From: Gammaproteobacteria bacterium
GTDB taxonomy: Bacteria > Pseudomonadota > Gammaproteobacteria > GCA-002705445 > GCA-002716945
Reading direction: 5' to 3'
DNA length: 64,000 bases
Assembly: GCA_018670435.1 (NCBI GenBank)
Contig: JABHRC010000039.1
Location: forward strand, 2,964 to 66,963
Positions 1 to 9,476 of the stretch are shown here, piece by piece; position 1 is the stretch's first letter; each line of letters begins with the position of its first letter. The position numbers and the translations under genes were made by a program. The notes beneath the pieces are model-generated. The model made no database searches, was not told the origin of the DNA, and saw only the letters and a list, made by a program, of their open reading frames with translations.

Positions 1-1147
1 TGAATGGAGCACCATTAGGATGGTCAGTAGTGAGAAAAACTTTCCAAGGATCTTCAGCTAGTAAAAATATTTCTAGACCTATCGCCCACTGGAGAGCATT
101 TACAAAACTTTTATCTTTATATTTGAAAGGTACAACTCCGCACCCAGCATCACATTCGATGTCCATGCACATCCACTTTTTCGGGTGAGCATGTTTATGA
201 TTTCTATGCTGAGACATACTATCACCTGACATGGTAACAGTTTGACCAAACATTATTTGTCCTACATCACATGTAAGATTATCAATTTTATTCAGATAGT
301 TTGAAATTTCTACAGCTGCTGATGAGAACCCTTTATCTCCATTATTCCCATAGCTTTGAAATTGAATATGAGTTAAATGAATTGGTAATCCATTTGCAGC
401 CTTAATAGTTTCTATTGTAGATAAAAAGTTACCAGGTATACCTAGATTACTACAGTGTACATGTAATGGGTGTGGTACCCCAAGATCATATAAAGCTCTT
501 GTAAGTTTTTGCACTATTTCACGTGGCGTAATATCATAATATTTTGATTTTTCATCAACATTGAGGGCTCTTTGGTTGAATTTAAATGCATTGATCCCCC
601 CTGGATTTACAACTTTTATGCCTATGGATTGAGTTGCTTTTAAAATAAATGCTACATAATCATTTATTGTGGATTGGCTTGATTTATTTTTAAGTAAGTT
701 TAAAAAATAATCATCATTTCCTAATAATGCATAACCACCTTTATCAATAAATGGGATATCTGCCATTTCTGCATGAGCCTGTCTTGCATTAATTGGTAAT
801 AGCGCAGGTTCAAAACAAGTCGTATAACCCATCTCAATATACTTTAATCCTGTCTTAAGAGTAGATGGAGCAATGATAGCTGACGAATCATAACTAGGAT
901 CTTTTTCATTATGAAATTCTTCTAGCATTAGTCTTGCAATATTTACTTTTCCACCACCAATATGTGTATGCAAATCTATAGCTCCAGGCATTACTATTTT
1001 ATCCATACAATTAATAACTTTATCAATTTTAGATTTAATATTTTTTTTATTAATAATTTTTCCATCTTGAATAAAAATATCTTTTTTTAAATTAAATACT
1101 TTATTATGAGGGTCGTATACATTTCCAGATTTTAGTTGTGTTATCAA
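1..1147 (-). CDS. fhcA: Formyltransferase/hydrolase complex subunit A (FwdA/FhcA amidohydrolase), truncated by window edge
   Basis: Not in the ORF track; translated by hand from TTG at 1147 (AGGAAG upstream): MITQLKSGNVYDPHNK...VMPGAIDLHTHIGGGKVNIARLML...VFLTTDHPNGAPF. These are FwdA/FhcA motifs; gene lies downstream of fhcB. Confidence 0.93.
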   Translation of the reverse strand, partial: MITQLKSGNVYDPHNKVFNLKKDIFIQDGKIINKKNIKSKIDKVINCMDKIVMPGAIDLHTHIGGGKVNIARLMLEEFHNEKDPSYDSSAIIAPSTLKTGLKYIEMGYTTCFEPALLPINARQAHAEMADIPFIDKGGYALLGNDDYFLNLLKNKSSQSTINDYVAFILKATQSIGIKVVNPGGINAFKFNQRALNVDEKSKYYDITPREIVQKLTRALYDLGVPHPLHVHCSNLGIPGNFLSTIETIKAANGLPIHLTHIQFQSYGNNGDKGFSSAAVEISNYLNKIDNLTCDVGQIMFGQTVTMSGDSMSQHRNHKHAHPKKWMCMDIECDAGCGVVPFKYKDKSFVNALQWAIGLEIFLLAEDPWKVFLTTDHPNGAPF

Positions 1148-1156
1148 AATGACTTC

Positions 1157-2401
1157 CTATGCTAATTTATCTAATATATTTTGTGTAGTTGGTAATTTTA
1201 TATTTCTAATATCCTTTAATGCAACAGAGACCACATTATCTGTTCTAAACATTATTCCTTCATAGTCAATTCCTGGTATTCCAACTGGTATGAAAATATC
1301 AGGCATCGAAGTAAAAGATGTATTTGGATGTCCTAGTACTATATTTTTAACATTCTTATTCATTTTTAATTTCTCAGCATTTATAGTTGAGACATGAATT
1401 ACTACATCTATATTTTTATTGGCAAGTAAAATTTCACTATTAAAAGCGTTTCTATCATGTTTGAATGTTTCTTCGATATGTTTTATTCTAGACGGAAATC
1501 CTGTCATCCATGTTAGAGCTTGCGTAGAAGTTGCATCTGCGAGTACTCCTGATATTGGCATACATCCTGCTCTAGAAAATTTATTATGATTGACAATAAA
1601 TTTAGAAATAGAGGAGATTATTTTCTTTGGATTTTTTGTTTTTATAAAATCTGAGGTTGTCCATGTGGCAACAAGATATTTTGATTTACCGATGATTCTT
1701 TTTATTTTGGAGAGGCTATTTTTACTTAACCCTTTGACATTTTTTAAATCACTAGAAAGGGTTGCATTTAATAGATCATTTATCATGTTTAGGTCAAATT
1801 TAATATTAGTTACATTACATCTACCTTTCATGCTTTTTACTATCTTTTCAGTAAAATCTCCGATTAGGAGAATCTCTTTTTTGCTTTTTGAACACAAGCT
1901 ATTTTTCGGAGCTATGACCTTATCAAGTAATCTTGGACTTTTATCTAATATTTTATTCCCGAAAATTATAATAGTATCTGCACGGTTCTTTGTTTCAGTT
2001 AACGAAGTAGCCATGTATCCTGTTCTTTGAACTACACCTATGTTTTGATATAAAAATTTTGAGTTTACATGGTCTATTATACAGTTTCTTTGAGATGCAA
2101 AGTTTAACATTGACCTTACTCCAGATAAATCCACACCATGATTAATAATTAATGTCTCGTTATGACCTTTTATGAGATCATGTATACCTTTAAGAGCGTC
2201 TGATAGAGTAATAAATTTTGCTCCTTTTTTAGGTAGAGTTACACTCTTTTTATTTAAATTATACGAGTCAATTTTTTTAGAGCATACATTATTTTTTTCA
2301 TTAACTTTATAGCTATTATTGTCTGTTGTTACACTAATATCATCACAATGTAATGAGCAAAAGGGACATACTAAATTCTTATTATCATTTCGGCTAGTCA
2401 T
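1157..2401 (-). CDS. fhcB: Formyltransferase/hydrolase complex subunit B (FwdB-like)
   Basis: N-terminal CPFCSLHCDD, ETKNRAD, WMTGFP and IPVGIPGID...FRTDNVV motifs; adjacent to fhcA. Confidence 0.88.
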   Translation of the reverse strand: MTSRNDNKNLVCPFCSLHCDDISVTTDNNSYKVNEKNNVCSKKIDSYNLNKKSVTLPKKGAKFITLSDALKGIHDLIKGHNETLIINHGVDLSGVRSMLNFASQRNCIIDHVNSKFLYQNIGVVQRTGYMATSLTETKNRADTIIIFGNKILDKSPRLLDKVIAPKNSLCSKSKKEILLIGDFTEKIVKSMKGRCNVTNIKFDLNMINDLLNATLSSDLKNVKGLSKNSLSKIKRIIGKSKYLVATWTTSDFIKTKNPKKIISSISKFIVNHNKFSRAGCMPISGVLADATSTQALTWMTGFPSRIKHIEETFKHDRNAFNSEILLANKNIDVVIHVSTINAEKLKMNKNVKNIVLGHPNTSFTSMPDIFIPVGIPGIDYEGIMFRTDNVVSVALKDIRNIKLPTTQNILDKLA

Positions 2402-2508
2402 ATGGATATATTCTACATTATAACCATGTCACTTTGTACATAAAAGGTATAAAATATGGACGTAAATATATTATATCTAATACTATGAGCATGATTAAAT
2501 CTGCCACT

Positions 2509-3462
2509 ATGAAGAAGAACAGAAAAGAATTGAGTATTACTAGCCCATCGAGGTTGCATCTTGGCTTTTATGGTTTTGATGATAACTATGGATACAAGTA
2601 TGGAAGTATGGGACTTGCTATTAATGCATATAAAACATCCCTATCTATCAAAAAGTCAAAATCATTTGTCAGTAATGTACCAAAAAGATTTATAACTCCG
2701 ATTTTGAAATATTTAAAACTGAATAAAGTAGATAGTAATTTTGAAATCAATCTACAAAGTAATCCGCCAAGTCATATAGGCCTCGGATCCGGATCTCAAT
2801 TATCTTTATGTGTTGGGAAATCTATATTCTCGCATCTAGGAATCAAGTCGAGCATTAATGATATTGCTAATATCTATAATAGAGGCGAAAGATCTGGAAC
2901 TGGTATACGAATATTTGATAGAGGAGGGTTTGTCGTTGATGCTTGTAAAAAAAATAACACATTACCAGAGACGATGTTTAATTCTAAATTTCCTACTGAA
3001 TGGAAAATCATCCTTATTAATGACAATTCTCTCAAAGGAACATCTGGGAACAAAGAGATTAAGTTTTTTAATCAGAATATAAATTTATCAAAGCATTATA
3101 AGTCTGAATTATCTCATATAGCACTCAGAGGCATATTGCCTTCAATAATCTACAAAGATTTCAGTAATTTTTCAAAGAATATCTCGGAATTTCAAAGGAT
3201 TACCTCTTTATTTTATAAAGATAAGCAGAGCGGTGTCTTTTTGAGCCGCAATATCTCTGAGATAATGAAATACATAGGAAATTATGATAATTTGGGCATA
3301 GGACAGAGTTCTTGGGGACCAATGTCTTATATAATCGTCGAATCTAATCTACATGCTAAAGAGCTCATAAGTATTATCCAAAATAAATTTAATGTGTATA
3401 ATAACTTAACATTTAAAATTGCAAGCCCATGGAATTCGGGTTTCAAAATTAGCTATAAATAA
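2509..3462 (+). CDS. mptG: Beta-ribofuranosylaminobenzene 5'-phosphate (RFAP) synthase, GHMP family
   Basis: SPSRLHLGF, HIGLGSGSQ, RGERSGTG, GGFVVD and GQSSWGP motifs; canonical position between fhcB and mtdB. Start uncertain (ATG at 2485, 2491 or 2509; ORF track gives TTG at 2434). Confidence 0.88.
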   Translation: MKKNRKELSITSPSRLHLGFYGFDDNYGYKYGSMGLAINAYKTSLSIKKSKSFVSNVPKRFITPILKYLKLNKVDSNFEINLQSNPPSHIGLGSGSQLSLCVGKSIFSHLGIKSSINDIANIYNRGERSGTGIRIFDRGGFVVDACKKNNTLPETMFNSKFPTEWKIILINDNSLKGTSGNKEIKFFNQNINLSKHYKSELSHIALRGILPSIIYKDFSNFSKNISEFQRITSLFYKDKQSGVFLSRNISEIMKYIGNYDNLGIGQSSWGPMSYIIVESNLHAKELISIIQNKFNVYNNLTFKIASPWNSGFKISYK

Positions 3463-3483
3463 ACAAGTAATGGAGACCTAATC

Positions 3484-4374
3484 ATGGAAAAACCTTTTTT
3501 ATTGCATATGATAACGCCTGAAAAGAATATTAGTCCTTTTGATGCAAACATGGCTTTTGACGCAGGATGGGACTCTGTAATCCCTTATACAAATATAGGG
3601 ATGGATGAAATTCAAGGAATTGTTCAGGATACAATATTTTCAAGATCTCCGTCAGCGTTAAAAAGAACGGGGATTTTTATTGGTGGTAGAGATACACATA
3701 CAGCCATGGATATGATAGAAGAAGCAAAAAAACATATGGTGCCTCCATTTGAAGTACCTGTCTTTGCAGATCCTAGCGGTGCATTTACAACTGCTGCAGG
3801 GATGGTAGCTATAACTGAAAAAGCCCTTAAAGATAAATTCTCTGAAAGTTTTACCGGTAAAAAGGTAGTGATATTAGGAGGGACAGGTCCTGTAGGGGTT
3901 GCATCAGCAGTTATTAGCGCTAAAGCCGGTAATAGCGTGTTATTGGTAGGAAGAAGTCTGGATAAAGCGGAAAGCATTGCTAAGATATGCAATGAGAAAT
4001 ATGGATCAAAATCAGTTGAGGGAGCTGTTGATTCAGACAAAGCATCTTTCTTGATTGATGCTGATATCGTCTTTAATACCGGAGCAGCTGGTATTCAGTT
4101 AATGAATGACGAGCTTATTAAGAATGCAGTTAATTTAAAGATATGTGCAGATGTGAATGCCGTGCCTCCAGCTGGAATATCAGGTATCGATGCAATGGAT
4201 AATGTTGTTGCGATGAAGAATTCAAAATCCGGTTGTTTTGGGATAGGTGCTTTAGCTATTGGTAACATTAAATACAAGTCTCAGCATGATTGTCTTAAAC
4301 TTATGTATAACTGTGATAAACCAGTATATTTGCATTTTGAACATGCATTCGAATTTGCACAAAAAAATGTCTAA
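3484..4374 (+). CDS. mtdB: NAD(P)-dependent methylene-H4MPT dehydrogenase
   Basis: SPFDANMAFDAG, QDTIFSRSP, FADPSGAFTTAA, GGTGPVG and DVNAVPPAG motifs; GGAG SD. Confidence 0.93.
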   Translation: MEKPFLLHMITPEKNISPFDANMAFDAGWDSVIPYTNIGMDEIQGIVQDTIFSRSPSALKRTGIFIGGRDTHTAMDMIEEAKKHMVPPFEVPVFADPSGAFTTAAGMVAITEKALKDKFSESFTGKKVVILGGTGPVGVASAVISAKAGNSVLLVGRSLDKAESIAKICNEKYGSKSVEGAVDSDKASFLIDADIVFNTGAAGIQLMNDELIKNAVNLKICADVNAVPPAGISGIDAMDNVVAMKNSKSGCFGIGALAIGNIKYKSQHDCLKLMYNCDKPVYLHFEHAFEFAQKNV

Positions 4375-5435
4375 TGATTGATGCTGTTGTTGTTATAAAT
4401 TCAGACTCATCATATTTAGAAGACAAGTTTATATCATTGGGAATTAAAGTTTTTGCTTTTGATTATTATAATCATAATAATCTGGGTAAAATTAAAGATA
4501 TTGCATACCTAAAATCCTTTATAGATAAAATTTTCATAGATCATCAGAGTGTCGGTCTACTTTATGGATCTGGACTTGAAGATAAGTCTGAAGTTTATGA
4601 TTATTTAAATACTAAATTAAAAATCTTAGGAAATGACCCACATATTCTTTCTAGATGCAATGACTTAAGGCTCCTTAAAGAGGTGCTAGGTGAATGTAGT
4701 CTTGAGCTACCAAATCATACAGAAAATCCTATATCTTTAAAAAAAAGATACTTGTCAAAACCGTTTAATAGTTCGGGAGGACATAATATAACCTTCGAAA
4801 AGAATTTTAAAAAAAATTTTTATTTCCAAGAATATTTACCAGGAATAACATATTCGATATCATTCTTTAATCATGAAGGTAATTTTATTTTTTTAGGTTT
4901 CAATAAGTTATTTAATCTTATAAATTATCAACCACACCCTTTTATACATGCTGGAGGAACTATGACAGATGAGTTGAAAAATTTTGATAATATAATTTCT
5001 TCATTTAAGAAGTTATCCAATAAGCTCTCAATGAATGGTTATAACAGCATTGATTTCAAAGTAATAAATGAAAAGGTGTTTATACTTGATATTAATCCAA
5101 GAATCACATCTACTTTCAATATGTATAATGATATTTATAATAATGATCTACTTCGCCTCATGGTAAATTATGATCATTATAAAGAACATGAGCCTAGTAA
5201 TAAGATAGGTGCTTTTGTCCACATGTTTATTAAACAAAAATATATATTTAAGAATATCTTCGAGAATGATTCTTCATTTGTAAACCTCCCTGTTGAGGGG
5301 CAGCTTATTGATGAAAATGAGCCCTTATTATCAATATATGTAAATTCACTATCTAAATTAGAACTAATGACGAAATTAAAAGAAAAAATATCAATGACAA
5401 CAAATCTTTATAACTGTTATGATATAGATATCTAA
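4374..5435 (+). CDS. orfY: ATP-grasp protein OrfY (methylofuran biosynthesis associated)
   Basis: YGSGLE, KP..SSGG, QEYLPG and DINPR ATP-grasp motifs; lies between mtdB and mch. Confidence 0.75.
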   Translation: MIDAVVVINSDSSYLEDKFISLGIKVFAFDYYNHNNLGKIKDIAYLKSFIDKIFIDHQSVGLLYGSGLEDKSEVYDYLNTKLKILGNDPHILSRCNDLRLLKEVLGECSLELPNHTENPISLKKRYLSKPFNSSGGHNITFEKNFKKNFYFQEYLPGITYSISFFNHEGNFIFLGFNKLFNLINYQPHPFIHAGGTMTDELKNFDNIISSFKKLSNKLSMNGYNSIDFKVINEKVFILDINPRITSTFNMYNDIYNNDLLRLMVNYDHYKEHEPSNKIGAFVHMFIKQKYIFKNIFENDSSFVNLPVEGQLIDENEPLLSIYVNSLSKLELMTKLKEKISMTTNLYNCYDIDI

Positions 5436-5438
5436 ATT

Positions 5439-6407
5439 ATGACTGAAAAAATAAGTATAAATAAGGTTGTTAAGCCACTAGTTGAGAAGCTCATCGAAAC
5501 TGCAGATCAATTAAATGTTGGCGTGCATATTTCTGAAGGTGGAGCAAAGATTGTTGATGCTGGTATTAATTATTCTGGCTGCTTAGAATCAGGGCGACTA
5601 ATCACAGAGATCTGTATGGGCGGATTGGGCAGAGTATCCTTATCAATGACATCTAATGCGCCTAATTGGCCTCTATCTATTCATGTCCATAGTACTAATC
5701 CAGTATTAAGTTGTTTGGCAAGCCAATATGCTGGATGGAATCTTTCTTTTGTGAAGGAGGAGGATAATTTTAATGCGCTTGGATCAGGTCCATGCAGGGC
5801 ACTCGCATTAAAAGAGGATTTATTCAAAGATTTAGATTATTCAGATAAATTTTATTCAACAGTAGTAGTGTTGGAAGTTGATAGAAATCCTCCGCAAGAA
5901 ATTATTGATAAAATAGCCAATGATTGTGGTATCAGCGAGAAGAACTTAACAATTATACTGACACCTACAAAATCATTATCTGGATCTGTACAGGTTGTTG
6001 GAAGAGTTCTTGAGGTAGGCATGCATAAATTACATGAAATAGGATTTCCCTTAGACAAGGTTATCGATGGGTTTGGATCAGCTCCCATACCTCCACCTGC
6101 CCCTGATTTTTTAATTGGAATGGGAAGAACAAATGACGCTATATTATATGGTGGATTAGTACACCTTTTTGTTGATGTGGATGATGATGAAGCATATGAA
6201 CTTGCAAAGAGACTCCCAAGCTCAACATCATCAGATTATGGAAAGCCATTTGCAGATGTCTTCAAAGAATATAAATATGATTTTTACAAGATTGATAAAC
6301 TTCTTTTTAGTCCTGCAAAAGTCATAGTTACAACAATTAAAACAGGAAAGACTTTCACAGAAGGGTTAATCGATTTAGAGTTAGTCGATAAATCATTTAA
6401 TAAATGA
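5439..6407 (+). CDS. mch: Methenyl-H4MPT cyclohydrolase
   Basis: EICMGGLG, CLASQYAGW, GSGPCRALA, MGRTNDAILYGG and SDYGKPF motifs. Confidence 0.96.
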   Translation: MTEKISINKVVKPLVEKLIETADQLNVGVHISEGGAKIVDAGINYSGCLESGRLITEICMGGLGRVSLSMTSNAPNWPLSIHVHSTNPVLSCLASQYAGWNLSFVKEEDNFNALGSGPCRALALKEDLFKDLDYSDKFYSTVVVLEVDRNPPQEIIDKIANDCGISEKNLTIILTPTKSLSGSVQVVGRVLEVGMHKLHEIGFPLDKVIDGFGSAPIPPPAPDFLIGMGRTNDAILYGGLVHLFVDVDDDEAYELAKRLPSSTSSDYGKPFADVFKEYKYDFYKIDKLLFSPAKVIVTTIKTGKTFTEGLIDLELVDKSFNK

Positions 6408-7315
6408 GAAAAGTTCTTATCTTAACTGATCAAAAAGGTTGGCATTATAGACAATTAAAAAAATCTTTCGAAAATAAAAATATCTCTGTCGAATCAGCTA
6501 ACCTAGATGATCTTTCGATAACGATTAATAATAATAAAAATCAAATAGTAAAAAATAATGGTGAGATTTTATCAGATATTACGGATGTTTTCGTTCGTCA
6601 TATACCTGGTGGATCACTAGAAGAAGTGATTATTAATCTTAATATACTTAAAGTTTTTGAATATCATGGCATCAATATAATGAATACGTCTACAAATATT
6701 GAAACTACGGTTGATAAATCACTTACATCTATTAAATTAAGAGAAGCAGGCATTTTAACACCAGATACTTGGGTGGTAAGAGGAAAAGATAATTGTAGAA
6801 AAATCGTTGCAAACCTGCTTTTAAAACATCCTTTAATATATAAGCCATTATTTGGTTCCCAGGGTGATAATATAGTAAAGATTGTAGAAGTATCTGATTT
6901 TAATAACATCAGGAATGATACCAATATATATTACATCCAAGAGTTTCTTGAAACTGAGCCATCTCATGATTACAGAGTGTTAATAGCAAAAAATAAGAAT
7001 AGAGAAATGATCTACGCTATGATGAGATATAGTGATTCTTATATAAACAATATATCAAAAGGAGCTAAGTGTATTCCTTTAAAAACGGATAAAGACATAA
7101 TCAAAACAGGGATTCAAGCAGCATCTGTAATTAATATCCCTTTTTGTGGTGTTGATATAATTAGATGTGATAAGAAAAATTATGTGATCGAGTTAAATAG
7201 TATACCTGCATGGAAAGGAATGCAGTCCATAGTTAAAAACAATTTATCTGACCAGATCACTGATATATTTATTGAAAACATGACGGATAAGTCACGTTTG
7301 TCTATTCAAAAATAA
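6404..7315 (+). CDS. orf5: RimK-family ATP-grasp glutamate ligase Orf5 (cofactor polyglutamylation)
   Basis: GWH, VRHIPGGSLE, KPLFGSQG, DYRV, GVD and ELNSIPAWKG motifs; follows mch. Confidence 0.85.
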   Translation: MRKVLILTDQKGWHYRQLKKSFENKNISVESANLDDLSITINNNKNQIVKNNGEILSDITDVFVRHIPGGSLEEVIINLNILKVFEYHGINIMNTSTNIETTVDKSLTSIKLREAGILTPDTWVVRGKDNCRKIVANLLLKHPLIYKPLFGSQGDNIVKIVEVSDFNNIRNDTNIYYIQEFLETEPSHDYRVLIAKNKNREMIYAMMRYSDSYINNISKGAKCIPLKTDKDIIKTGIQAASVINIPFCGVDIIRCDKKNYVIELNSIPAWKGMQSIVKNNLSDQITDIFIENMTDKSRLSIQK

Positions 7316-7320
7316 ATTCT

Positions 7321-8199
7321 ATGTCAGATAATTTTAAAAAAATAACTTTAAATAAAAATTTTGATGAATCTTTAATCAGGGATGCTTATCTATATGCATG
7401 CCATAAGGACATTGAGGCAATCAAACCGGGCAATGTAAATATTAACTCACCACATCATGACACCACGGCAAGTGATTATCTTATCAGTTCAATTAATAGT
7501 GGGTCTGAATTATTTAATGATAGTTATAGTCTTGGCGATAGAATTCTAAGTGCTATTGTTGCCACCAAAAAAGAAACTCAAATGAATACTAATCTAGGAA
7601 TAATATTGTTATGTGCGCCTATCGCACATGCTCTTTTAAATTATAAGGAAATGAGTTTAAAGGAGGCTATTGCCAAGACTATAGATAGTGCTACTGCCGA
7701 TGATACTGTAAAAATATGCGAGGCCATAAATATTGCTAATCCTGGTGGATTAGGTAATGTTTCAGATTATGATACTAAATCTATGCCGGTAGTGAAATTA
7801 AGAGAAATAATGAGTTATTCTGCTCAATATGACCGTATTTCATATCAGTATCATAATAATTATGAAGATATTCTTGATTTCATTATCCCTAGCCTTGATG
7901 AAAACATGATTAAATATAAATCTGATGATATTTCAATATCAATGACATATCTTCAAATCTTGGGCAAAATCCCTGATTCGCATATTTCACGTAAATTAGG
8001 TGAAGAAATAGCAAAAAAGACTAGTAATCATGTCAATGATTTGTTAAAAATACAAGACAAGGATTGTAGTCAGGGTTATCTGGTCAAACAGCTAAATGAT
8101 CTTGATTATGAATACAAGAAAAAAGGAATTAATCCGGGGACTACTGCAGATTTATTAGTCGCAAGTTTGATGATTCATAGGATCTTCAAAAGTGTATAA
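7321..8199 (+). CDS. orf7: CitG-like triphosphoribosyl-dephospho-CoA synthase family protein Orf7
   Basis: KPGNV, NTNLGIILL, PGGLG, PDSHISRK and NPGTTADL motifs. Confidence 0.85.
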   Translation: MSDNFKKITLNKNFDESLIRDAYLYACHKDIEAIKPGNVNINSPHHDTTASDYLISSINSGSELFNDSYSLGDRILSAIVATKKETQMNTNLGIILLCAPIAHALLNYKEMSLKEAIAKTIDSATADDTVKICEAINIANPGGLGNVSDYDTKSMPVVKLREIMSYSAQYDRISYQYHNNYEDILDFIIPSLDENMIKYKSDDISISMTYLQILGKIPDSHISRKLGEEIAKKTSNHVNDLLKIQDKDCSQGYLVKQLNDLDYEYKKKGINPGTTADLLVASLMIHRIFKSV

Positions 8200-8238
8200 T
8201 CTTAGTAAGAACCATTTAATATAAACAAGGAGATAAAA

Positions 8239-8757
8239 ATGGCAGTAATTGATAAAGTATTAGTCGGTGAAGGACTAGTTGTAACCGAAGGCGGTGACAA
8301 CGAAATAGCTCATATTGACTTAATAATGGGTCCGCGTGGTTCAGCTGTAGAAGATGCATTTTGTAACACACTTTGTAACAACAAAGATGGTTTCACTTCG
8401 CTATTAGCTGTATGTGCACCTAATCTACCAACTAAACCAGCTACAGTAATGTTTAACAAGGTTACTATTAAAGGCGCTAAACAAGCTGTTCAAATGTTTG
8501 GACCAGCTCAAAGAGCGGTAGCTATGGCTGTTACAGATTCTGTAAAAGACGGAACAATTCCAGCAGCTGAAGCAAATGATATTTTCGTTTGTGTTGGTGT
8601 TTTCATCCATTGGGATGCTAATGACGATACTAGAATTTATGACTACAACTATGAAGCTACAATGATGGCTATCAAAGGTGCGGTTTCTGGTAAACCAACA
8701 GCTGAAGATGTTGTTGCAGCAGCAGCAGATTCTGCTCACCCATACTCACCTAAGTAG
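8239..8757 (+). CDS. fae: Formaldehyde-activating enzyme
   Basis: [32 protein letters not shown] and GVFIHW motifs; strong AAGGAG SD. Confidence 0.97.
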   Translation: MAVIDKVLVGEGLVVTEGGDNEIAHIDLIMGPRGSAVEDAFCNTLCNNKDGFTSLLAVCAPNLPTKPATVMFNKVTIKGAKQAVQMFGPAQRAVAMAVTDSVKDGTIPAAEANDIFVCVGVFIHWDANDDTRIYDYNYEATMMAIKGAVSGKPTAEDVVAAAADSAHPYSPK

Positions 8758-8774
8758 TACTTAGATAAGTAAGA

Positions 8775-9473
8775 TTAACCAGCTCTATTATTAGAGCTGG
8801 TTTTTTCTTTTTGGATCATATTTTTTGTAATTCTATTCTGATGAATCATTGTAGATACTAACACGCCGCTTGCTCCAAAATATCTAGCTCTTTTTATATC
8901 AAATATAGATTTTATTCCCCCAGCTATATAATATTCATGATTATTTTTGCGTATAAACCGTCTTGCAAGTTTATAGTTAATATTATTTTTTGAACCTACC
9001 TGTGACAGATCCATAAGTATGATTTTTGATGGGTTTGCTCTTTGTTGTCTATATATCGCTTTTGATCCTATATATTTTTCCATAAAATCAAATGAACATA
9101 CACAGTTATTGAATTTATTTGATGTAAACTCATAGCCTCTAGATTTTTCACTGCAAAATACAGGATAATAATTTTTATATTTCTTTTTTAACTTTATTTC
9201 TTTTAGACCTGAGTCAATCCAAAAATCAATCTTCGGGAATAAAGATAGTATATTGTCATACAGTTCAGAATTAATTTTATTATGCATAATTGCATCCAAA
9301 TCAGCAATATATAATATTTTAGGAGAATACTTTCTAATGATCTGATCAATTATATCTCTTGGATCTGTACTATTGTATAATTTATAACTGATAGACTCAT
9401 AATTACCTCTATCACCTTTAATTGCTTTAACGACTTGGTTATCGAGAATGTCTATAACAGGGATTATGTCCAT
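8775..9473 (-). CDS. orf17: HisA/HisF-related TIM barrel protein Orf17
   Basis: IIPVID...VVKAIKGDRGNY, LYIADLDAI, MDLSQVGS and AGGI motifs; H4MPT cluster context. Confidence 0.85.
   Translation of the reverse strand: MDIIPVIDILDNQVVKAIKGDRGNYESISYKLYNSTDPRDIIDQIIRKYSPKILYIADLDAIMHNKINSELYDNILSLFPKIDFWIDSGLKEIKLKKKYKNYYPVFCSEKSRGYEFTSNKFNNCVCSFDFMEKYIGSKAIYRQQRANPSKIILMDLSQVGSKNNINYKLARRFIRKNNHEYYIAGGIKSIFDIKRARYFGASGVLVSTMIHQNRITKNMIQKEKTSSNNRAG
8777..8810 (+). terminator. Intrinsic terminator of the mptG-fae transcript
   Basis: AACCAGCTCTA-ttat-TAGAGCTGGTT 11-bp stem followed by TTTTCTTTT. Confidence 0.85.
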
Positions 9474-9476
9474 AGT

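Noticed and set aside
8750..8764. Inverted repeat CTAAGTA-G-TACTTAG over the fae stop
   Set aside because: Short, AT-rich and with a 1-nt centre; the true terminator lies just downstream and I saw no second copy.
9435..9476. ORF-track N-terminal extension of orf1 overlapping orf17
   Set aside because: The family-like N-terminus begins at ATG 9477; the extension is the antisense of the orf17 start.
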